64,000 nucleotides of DNA, taken from the NCBI GenBank assembly GCA_046539325.1, contig JBKHHD010000001.1:55437-119436 (forward strand), in the 5' to 3' direction. The notes beneath the pieces were generated by a model. The model had not been told where the DNA came from and did no database searches. It saw nothing but the letters and a program-made list of their open reading frames with translations. A program made the translations under genes and the position numbers. The DNA is from Candidatus Aenigmatarchaeota archaeon. GTDB taxonomy: Archaea > Aenigmatarchaeota > Aenigmatarchaeia > PWEA01. This document shows, piece by piece, positions 57,300 through 64,000 of the stretch (position 1 is its first letter; each line of letters begins with the position of its first letter).

Positions 57300-58997
57300 A
57301 TGCTCGATATAGCCGTAACGGAAGGTCTGTTCATAACCTGGGACTTCGTGGTTCTGATAGTCGCCGCAACAGCCCTGGGTTTTCTCGCACACAAGACCTA
57401 CCAGCCAAACCTGATTGCGTACCTAGTCGCGGGAATATTTCTCGGCCCTGTCTTTCTAGGAGTGGTATCAGAGGGCAGTCTCATAGAGCTGGTTTCGGAA
57501 ATAGGTCTGGCGCTCCTGCTCTTCCTTCTTGGACTGGAACTCAAGTTTGAATCAATAAAGAACGTGCTGAAGCCCGTACTGAGGATCGGAACTCTGCAGA
57601 TATCCATACAGGCTGTTTTCTCCGCCTTCCTGGCGTACTTCCTGGGCTTCAGAGGCGTTGAAATACTCGTAATAAGTCTGGCTACAATCTACGCCTCCAC
57701 TGCCGTAGTAGTAAAAACGCTCGTCGACAAAGGAGAGGCAGCCACTCTTCCAGGTAAGATAGACGTCGGAGTCCTTTTAATTCAGGATATATTTGTGGTT
57801 GTGGTTCTCACGCTTCTATCCTCTCCAAACCTCAGTGGCCCTGTACCGATAGCTCTGAACTTCTTCAAGGTCATGGGAATCCTCGTTGTGTTTTCAGCCT
57901 TCTCATATACCGTATCCAGATACCTTGTACCGAAGATAGTCGAGGAAATAGGGAAAAACAAACATATCCTATTGATAAACGGCGCTGCCTGGGCCTTTCT
58001 TTTCATAGCTGTCTCCAGCTACCTTAACGTCTCCATAGAGGTCGGGGCGTTCATAGCAGGACTTGGACTCGCACAGACACCGTTCAGCGACGAGATGAAA
58101 GAACAGATGAGACCTCTGACAGACTTCTTTATAGTCCTCTTTTTCACCTCTATAGGCCTGCAGTTGACAAGAGAAAGTCTTCTTGCGTACTGGAAGGAAG
58201 CGCTTATATCTTCTGCTGTACTGATGCCCGCAAGCTTCCTTGTAATGTTCTGGCTGATAGACAGAGAAAAGTTCTCGGTGGAAACGTCTTTCAAGGGAAG
58301 TATAAACATGACCCAGTGCAGCGAGTTCGCTCTGGTGGTCGGCGCTGTGTCCGTGAGCTCCGGCCTGGTGGGGGAAGGTATACTTGGATACCTGAGCCTC
58401 ACGGTCGTAATCACGATGGCCGTTTCCGCGTACCTCATAAAGTTCAACGATCAGCTGTACCGGAGACTCAAGCCTTACACGGAGTTCCTCGAGTCGGAAG
58501 AGAAAAAGGACGTTGAGATGAAGACCATGGAAAACCACGCGATAATCGTGGGGTACAACGAGATAACCAGGCGCCTGGTTCCCGTGCTGAAGGAGAGGTA
58601 CGGAGACGTCATTGTTATAGACAAGAATCCTGAGTACGTCGAGCTCTTGAGAGAGTCGGAGGCTGAGTTCGTGTTCGGGGATCTGAGACATGGTGAGATG
58701 AGGAAGTCCGTCGGACTTGAAAGGGCGGGTATAATCGTGAGTCTAGCTGTTGATGAAGCTGCGAACAGGAGGATTATAGACGGAAGTAAAAGAGGCGCGC
58801 TCGTATTCCTCAGGGCGAAGGACAGGGAAGAGGCAGCGGAGCTTTACGATCTTGGCGCTGACTTCGTAATAATCAAAAGGATGCTATCGGCGGAGAAGAT
58901 GACTGAGTACATAGAGGCGTTCCTCGAAGACACGGACACGTTCGACGATATGATAGAAGGCGACAAACAGATAATAGACTGGGAGGCGAGACTATGA
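57300..58997 (+). CDS. CPA2 (KefB/C-like) cation:proton antiporter with RCK domain
   Basis: LLLFLLGLE, STAVVVK, LLIQD, GAFIAGL, SEF; C-terminal IIVGY...GAD. Confidence 0.9.
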   Translation: MLDIAVTEGLFITWDFVVLIVAATALGFLAHKTYQPNLIAYLVAGIFLGPVFLGVVSEGSLIELVSEIGLALLLFLLGLELKFESIKNVLKPVLRIGTLQISIQAVFSAFLAYFLGFRGVEILVISLATIYASTAVVVKTLVDKGEAATLPGKIDVGVLLIQDIFVVVVLTLLSSPNLSGPVPIALNFFKVMGILVVFSAFSYTVSRYLVPKIVEEIGKNKHILLINGAAWAFLFIAVSSYLNVSIEVGAFIAGLGLAQTPFSDEMKEQMRPLTDFFIVLFFTSIGLQLTRESLLAYWKEALISSAVLMPASFLVMFWLIDREKFSVETSFKGSINMTQCSEFALVVGAVSVSSGLVGEGILGYLSLTVVITMAVSAYLIKFNDQLYRRLKPYTEFLESEEKKDVEMKTMENHAIIVGYNEITRRLVPVLKERYGDVIVIDKNPEYVELLRESEAEFVFGDLRHGEMRKSVGLERAGIIVSLAVDEAANRRIIDGSKRGALVFLRAKDREEAAELYDLGADFVIIKRMLSAEKMTEYIEAFLEDTDTFDDMIEGDKQIIDWEARL

Positions 58998-60643
58998 TAG
59001 GAGTCATATATACGTTTGCTGCTGTGTTTGTGCTTTCGGCAGTCCTCCTTTTCATATTCCACAAAACGTTTAAGCTAACGATACCTGCCTACATAGCGGC
59101 AGGAATAATCGGTGGGTTTTTCCTACCACAGGAAGGACTTCTTGAGCTTCTGAAATGGGGGATAGCCTTCGTGGTATTCATATTCGGTGCGAAGATGGAA
59201 CCCGACAAGCTCAAACGCGGCATAGGAGGAAGCCTTTTCAGTGTGGGCGTACAGGTAACGGGGCTGGGCCTCGGATTCTTCGGTGCCTTCTACCTGGCAG
59301 GTTTTGGAGCCCTGAACTCAATATACATAAGCGCAGCCATAGTATTCAGCTCCTCCTTAACCGGGACGGAACTCTCAGAGAAGTACGCGACCATAGAGCT
59401 CCTGTATGCCAGGCTGGCCGAGGCGACGGACGTCGTGCATGATATCCTAGCAGTTGTCCTGATACTTTTCCTGAGTCCTGTTCTCTTCGATGTCGGCTCA
59501 GGCTACGCACTGGCCGTGGGTGGCGTTATGCTCTTGCTTTCCCTTGTTGTGAGAAGCTTCCTCTTCCCGTGGCTCTTCGAACTGTCCGATTCCTCGGAAG
59601 AGCTAATGCTACTTTCAGGGATATCGATGCTCGCCGTGATGACAGCGATCTCCGAGTTCGCCGGGATCTCGATAGTCGTGGGCGCTTTCTTTGCGGGCCT
59701 CGCCTTCTCCAAGTTCCCCTACAACATAGAGCTGGTAGAGAGCATGGAGTCCCTCAAGGACTTCTTTGCAGCGATATTCTTCTTCTCATTGGGTGCTCTG
59801 GTCACGGTACCGAGCGCGCCCTCGCTAGGAATAGCAGTCACGATAATAGCCGTCACCGTGCTAGTGAAGCCTCTTCTCACTGCGCTATCGCTCATGCACT
59901 ACGGATACGATAAGAGGACCGCCTATCGCTGCGCGCTGACACTGGACCAGGTGAGCGAGTTCGTGCTTATAATAGCTGTACAGGCCTACCTGGTCGGGGC
60001 GATAGCCACACCGGTTTTCCAGGGGATAATACTCGCCACAACCGTGACCATGATAACCACGGCCTACACGGACAACTACTCTGATAAGATAAAGGATGTA
60101 CTATGCGACAGACTTCCGTTCGAGACACCAGAGAGGATACAGAGATACCACACACAGATAAGCACAAAGCTGGAGGACCACATAATACTCGTAGGCTACG
60201 ACGCACAGGGAAGAGAGATCGGCGAGTATTTACAGGAAAAGGACGAAGAATTTGTGGTTATAGAGCTCAACCCTGAGATGCTTGAGTCCGGGGATGGACT
60301 GAAGAACTACGTGTTTAAGAGTGCGATGAACGACGAATCATGGGAACTTGCCAACTACAAGGACGCGAAGCTGATAGTCTCAACACCTCCACAGAAAAAC
60401 ATATCCGAGAAGGTCCTTTCACTGGACACGGACGCGAAGAAGGTTGTCCGGTCAAACAGGTTTGATGAGGCAAACAGGTTCCTGGAGGAAGGCGCAGACT
60501 ATGTAATGATTCCAGATCTGCTGGCTTCAGAACAGCTCATCGACTACATAGAAGAAATGGTTTATGGTGGTAAAGAGGCCGCCAAGAGGCTTAGGTCAGG
60601 ACTTCTCGAGGAACTGAATGAGGAAGTTGAAGGATTTGAATAA
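58994..60643 (+). CDS. Second, divergent CPA2 antiporter with RCK domain
   Basis: GAFFAGL, LKDFF..IFF, QVSEF, HIILVGY; overlaps upstream stop (ATGA). Confidence 0.88.
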   Translation: MIGVIYTFAAVFVLSAVLLFIFHKTFKLTIPAYIAAGIIGGFFLPQEGLLELLKWGIAFVVFIFGAKMEPDKLKRGIGGSLFSVGVQVTGLGLGFFGAFYLAGFGALNSIYISAAIVFSSSLTGTELSEKYATIELLYARLAEATDVVHDILAVVLILFLSPVLFDVGSGYALAVGGVMLLLSLVVRSFLFPWLFELSDSSEELMLLSGISMLAVMTAISEFAGISIVVGAFFAGLAFSKFPYNIELVESMESLKDFFAAIFFFSLGALVTVPSAPSLGIAVTIIAVTVLVKPLLTALSLMHYGYDKRTAYRCALTLDQVSEFVLIIAVQAYLVGAIATPVFQGIILATTVTMITTAYTDNYSDKIKDVLCDRLPFETPERIQRYHTQISTKLEDHIILVGYDAQGREIGEYLQEKDEEFVVIELNPEMLESGDGLKNYVFKSAMNDESWELANYKDAKLIVSTPPQKNISEKVLSLDTDAKKVVRSNRFDEANRFLEEGADYVMIPDLLASEQLIDYIEEMVYGGKEAAKRLRSGLLEELNEEVEGFE

Positions 60644-60647
60644 AGTA

Positions 60648-60804
60648 TGGGGCCACCCGGATTTGAACCGGGGCATGCGGATGTCACCTTGGCATATAGC
60701 CATACATCCAACTTTCTGTCATCCCAGGAAACCTTTATCTGAACCTGGTCAAAACTCCAAAAATCTGGAGTCCGCCGTCCTAGGCCTGACTGGACCATGG
60801 CCCC
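60648..60804 (-). tRNA. tRNA-Trp(CCA) with 82-nt intron at 37/38
   Basis: Acceptor GGGGCCA/TGGCCCC-A; anticodon stem GCGGA/TCCGC; loop CTCCAG|A; T-arm CCCGG-TTCAAAT-CCGGG. Confidence 0.92.
60683..60764 (-). ncRNA. tRNA-Trp intron with box C/D guide elements
   Basis: TTGGAGTT-TTGA (N+5 = C34), stem CCAGG/CCTGG, GATGA, then GGATGT complementary to the U39 region. Confidence 0.7.
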
Positions 60805-60809
60805 CTTGT

Positions 60810-61043
60810 CTACTCTTTAAGCTCTTTGAGTGCTTCTATAATCTCATCGAGAACCTCATCGTCGTCCGGAATCGAGAAGTTCTTCTTCCAAACCCTTTCA
60901 CCGTCGTCACCGAAAAAGCCACGTGAAAGAGACAGGAATACGTTCTCGCCGTCTTCTGAAACGGCCTTCTTCCTTGCGACCTGGATAAAGTCGTTGTTTC
61001 CGAACTCAACTTCGGTTCCTTCCAGTGTTTCGAAATCTACCAT
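60810..61043 (-). CDS. Small protein, PC4/YdbC-like fold suspected
   Basis: Beta-rich N-terminus, LSLSRGFF.DDGE..WKK, terminal helix. Confidence 0.6.
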   Translation of the reverse strand: MVDFETLEGTEVEFGNNDFIQVARKKAVSEDGENVFLSLSRGFFGDDGERVWKKNFSIPDDDEVLDEIIEALKELKE

Positions 61044-61095
61044 ATCAATCCCGTAGTCAATTTATCATTTTAGTTTAAAACATTTTCGGAGAATT

Positions 61096-61176
61096 GGGGG
61101 CTCACTAGCTACCCTTATCCTCATCCCTGGAAGCAGAGCCTCCAAGTCGGAATGGGGCGGTGTGCTCATTGCCCGC
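61096..61176 (-). ncRNA. Box C/D sRNA (predicted guide for 23S Gm2251)
   Basis: GGGC-AATGA-guide-CCGA-9 bp stem-GATGA-guide-GTGA-GCCC; TATA-like CTTATAAG about 21 nt upstream. Confidence 0.78.
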
Positions 61177-61258
61177 ATAGTTCTTTCTCGTGAAAACTTA
61201 TAAGCCTGTGTTACATTCAGGAAAGTTTTTAAATCAAACTAACCAAACCACTTATGTT

Positions 61259-63247
61259 ATGTCGGAGAAGGGAACGAAGTGGGTCGAAGAGGAGGATGGT
61301 GTTTACTGGCCTTCTGAACAAATGAAGAACAAGGCGCACGTCTCCGATCCAGAGATATACGAAAGGGCGAAGGAAGATCCAAAGAAGTTCTGGGCGGACA
61401 AAGCAAAGGAGCTAATAGACTGGTTCGACGAAGACTGGGACTACATCCAGAAATGGGAGCCTCCCTTCTTTAAGTGGTTTGAAGGTGCCAAGACCAACCT
61501 GGCCTACAACTGCGTGGACAGACACGTTGAAGACAAGGAAGAAAAGGCAGCGATAGTTTGGGAGCCGGAGCCCACGGACGAAGAGAAGAGAGTTCTCACG
61601 TACGGCGATCTTCACGAAGAGGTACAGGGGTTCGCCAACGTTCTGAAAGAATTAGGCGTGGAAAAGGGCGACGCAGTTACGTTCTGGATGCCTATGATAC
61701 CTGAAACCGCCGTAGCCGCGCTGGCCTGCCAGAGGATAGGCGCCTGGCACTCTATAGTCTACACTGCTTTCTCACCAGAGGCAGTGAGGAAACGTATGGA
61801 AGACGCCGGTTCGAATGTACTTATAACTGCAGACGGTTTCTACAGGCGCGGAAAGGTGATGGAACTTAAGGATAAGATAAACGAGGCCCTGGACGACGTG
61901 GGTGCGGAGAGCTGTCTGGTCGTGGATCGCGCAGGATCCGATCCTGATATGGTCGAGGGGAGAGACCACTTCCTCAAAGATATGAAGGAAGAGGTCGAAG
62001 GGAAATGCGAGGTCGAAGAACTGGACGCCGAGGACACGGGATTTCTACTTTACACCTCAGGGACTACGGGCAAGCCGAAGGGCGTAAAACACTCCGTGGG
62101 AGGCTATCTTGTACAGGCAGCTCTGACTATGAAATGGGTATTTGACTTCCATGAAGACGATCTATTCTTCTCGACAGCTGATATAGGCTGGATAACCGGG
62201 CATACATATACGCTTTACGGGCCTTTATTACACGGCGGAACAACCCTATGGTACGAAGGTTCGCCTGACTACCCGAACCTGGAGAGATGGTGGGAGATAA
62301 TCGAAGAGAACGGAGCCACGCAGTTCTACACCGCACCTACAGCTCTACGTATGTTGATAAAGAAGGGGAGGGACCTGCCTGACAAACACGACCTCTCTTC
62401 CCTCCGAGTACTGGGTTCCGTGGGCGAGCCAATAGACCCCGAGACCTGGAACTGGTACTTCGAGAAGGTAGGTGGAGGGAGATGTCCGATAGTGGACACC
62501 TACTGGCAGACCGAAACGGGTGGGATCCTTCTCACCTCACTCCCAGGAATAGGACCGTTTGTTCCGGGTGTTGCAGGAGTTCCCTTGCCTCCCGTAAACT
62601 ACGATATCCTTGATAAGAAGGGTGGTCCCACGGACAAAGGAGCAGTTGTGATAAAGGAGCCATTTTCCCCTGGTATGCTGAGGGGTGTCTACAAGAATCC
62701 TGACAAATACAGGGAGGAGTACTGGAACAGATACAACGATAAAATATACTTTTCTGGTGACGAGGGCGTGAGGACAGACCATGGGATCGGTGGACAGGAT
62801 CTATTGAAGATCGTAGGAAGGATGGACGATCTCCTGGAGGTCGCAGGACACCGACTAGGGACCGCGGAAATAGAGGACGCTGTCCAGGAAGTCGAAGAGG
62901 TAGCAGAGGTCGCCGTGGTAGGAGAGCCGCACGAAGTAAAGGGGGAGGTTCCAGCGTTATTCACTATTCTAGTCGAAGATGCCGAACCGTCAGACGGGCT
63001 GAAAAAGAAAATAGTGAAGATGGTGAGAAAGGAGGTCGGACCTGTGGCGACGCCTGGTGAGATATACTTTGTGGAGGATCTCCCAGAGACGGAGTCAGGA
63101 AAGGTCATAAGAAGATTTCTACGGTCGCTGCTGGAGGACGAGGAGCTCGGAGACATGAGAACAGCGAAGAATCCAGACTGTCTGAAGGAGCTAGCCGAAA
63201 AGACGGAATACGAAGGACCACAGGACATACCTGGATACAACTGTTAA
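61259..63247 (+). CDS. acs: Acetyl-CoA synthetase (AMP-forming)
   Basis: YTSGTTGKPKG, ADIGWITGH, DTYWQTETGG, GHRLG, SGKVIRR. Confidence 0.93.
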   Translation: MSEKGTKWVEEEDGVYWPSEQMKNKAHVSDPEIYERAKEDPKKFWADKAKELIDWFDEDWDYIQKWEPPFFKWFEGAKTNLAYNCVDRHVEDKEEKAAIVWEPEPTDEEKRVLTYGDLHEEVQGFANVLKELGVEKGDAVTFWMPMIPETAVAALACQRIGAWHSIVYTAFSPEAVRKRMEDAGSNVLITADGFYRRGKVMELKDKINEALDDVGAESCLVVDRAGSDPDMVEGRDHFLKDMKEEVEGKCEVEELDAEDTGFLLYTSGTTGKPKGVKHSVGGYLVQAALTMKWVFDFHEDDLFFSTADIGWITGHTYTLYGPLLHGGTTLWYEGSPDYPNLERWWEIIEENGATQFYTAPTALRMLIKKGRDLPDKHDLSSLRVLGSVGEPIDPETWNWYFEKVGGGRCPIVDTYWQTETGGILLTSLPGIGPFVPGVAGVPLPPVNYDILDKKGGPTDKGAVVIKEPFSPGMLRGVYKNPDKYREEYWNRYNDKIYFSGDEGVRTDHGIGGQDLLKIVGRMDDLLEVAGHRLGTAEIEDAVQEVEEVAEVAVVGEPHEVKGEVPALFTILVEDAEPSDGLKKKIVKMVRKEVGPVATPGEIYFVEDLPETESGKVIRRFLRSLLEDEELGDMRTAKNPDCLKELAEKTEYEGPQDIPGYNC

Positions 63248-63306
63248 AGGGGTTCTAAGGTCTTCAAACCCTAAAATTTAAATTTCTAAGCACTTAATAC
63301 AAAGGT

Positions 63307-64000
63307 ATGAAAAGGGGTGTGTCCGCGTTTCTCTTTCTAGCTGTGTTTATCTGTACCTCTTCCTCAGCACAGGCTCAAGCTCCGCAAAACCTCCTGGAGA
63401 ACGAGTTCTTTGAAGAGTGGAGGGATGAAACAAATGCAACTGACTGGCAGCTAGAAAAGGGTGGGGCAGAAGCTTATGAAAGATCCAGTTATATGGCAGT
63501 GTCTGGGGAATATTCGGCCTATACAGAAAGCAGCAAAGAAATTATCTTGGGACAAGAAGCTTACATGGAGGAAGGGACCGACTATCACCAAGAAGTCTGG
63601 GTTAAAGGAAACGGGGATTTCAGTGTTGGTATACAGTATCCGGATGATGTATGGACAGGTTATGGTGAATGGCAAAATGCTTCCAATAAAGAATGGACCA
63701 AGGCAACATACAAACAAAGCCCAACTACAACAGGCCAAGGACAAATTCGAATCCGGATGGAAAATATAAGTAATGGTCTATGGATAGGTGCAGCGTGGCT
63801 GGGGACAAAGGGATCTCCTAAGGACTGGCTTGTGGAAGGTAATGAAAGCGATGAAAATAACGTCACGGAGTATATGCTGAACATCACCACCCTCGGTAAA
63901 GGTGAAACAACGCCTTCTGAAGATGTATACTTCTACGAAGAGAATGAGACCGTTTCTGTTGAAGCCGCCCCGGATGATGGCTGGGAGTTCGTGGAATGGG
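63307..64000 (+). CDS. Secreted/surface protein with CBM-like domain and InlB B-repeat-like unit (runs off window edge)
   Basis: Not in track. Signal peptide MKRGVSAFLFLAVFICTSSSAQA, NLLENEFFEEW, then YMLNITTLGKGETTP...VSVEAAPDDGWEFVEW. Confidence 0.72.
   Translation, partial: MKRGVSAFLFLAVFICTSSSAQAQAPQNLLENEFFEEWRDETNATDWQLEKGGAEAYERSSYMAVSGEYSAYTESSKEIILGQEAYMEEGTDYHQEVWVKGNGDFSVGIQYPDDVWTGYGEWQNASNKEWTKATYKQSPTTTGQGQIRIRMENISNGLWIGAAWLGTKGSPKDWLVEGNESDENNVTEYMLNITTLGKGETTPSEDVYFYEENETVSVEAAPDDGWEFVEW

Noticed and set aside
60691-60703. Nested mini-intron in the tRNA-Trp intron
   Set aside because: The TGGC/GCCA hairpin does not form a BHB or BHL splice motif.
52395-60804. Possible tRNA-anchored genomic island (ATPase, GT2, antiporters)
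   Set aside because: No integrase, no duplicated tRNA 3' end and no flanking repeats were seen.
61155-61168. Plus-strand GGGCGGTGTG, antisense to the 16S C1400 region; also a faint 5S rRNA resemblance on the minus strand
   Set aside because: The plus strand has no proper boxes and a 5S fold cannot be built. The minus-strand C/D reading explains the whole element.
1-64000. Many Ser/Phe/Leu-rich antisense ORFs; CRISPR arrays, IS elements, inteins, rRNA genes
   Set aside because: The antisense ORFs are shadows of Glu/Lys-rich genes. No repeat-spacer array, transposase, intein-sized insertion or rRNA was recognised by eye.

Overview
Core chromosomal segment of a halophilic-looking (very acidic proteome), anaerobic DPANN archaeon. 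A fused PriS-PriL primase points to the Nanohaloarchaeota/Aenigmarchaeota/Nanoarchaeota side of DPANN (inference). The window is gene-dense. It covers replication and repair (NurA, RPA-like, Nre, PCNA, primase, GINS), many ribosomal proteins and translation factors, RNA polymerase and RNase P subunits, an NrdR-NrdD-NrdG cassette with two NrdR boxes, isoprenoid genes (thiolase, DUF35-HMG-CoA synthase fusion, IDI-2, polyprenyl synthase), four-subunit POR, acetyl-CoA synthetase, membrane PPase, a P-type ATPase and two CPA2 antiporters. Not in the ORF track: two intron-containing tRNAs (Gly-TCC, Trp-CCA), a box C/D sRNA whose guide maps by the N+5 rule to 23S G2251, and several short or edge-truncated CDS. 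The most unusual signals are: (1) one ~45-aa domain appended to both eS24 and eL31, with two C2H2 fingers also in eL31; (2) several genes, most clearly glmS, that seem to start at ATC/ATT; (3) C/D motifs that repeatedly lack the K-turn bulge; (4) a tRNA-Trp intron guide with rearranged order; (5) degenerate soluble PPase and HIT proteins. No CRISPR array, integrase or transposase was seen. All calls are by eye from motifs; no database searches were run.
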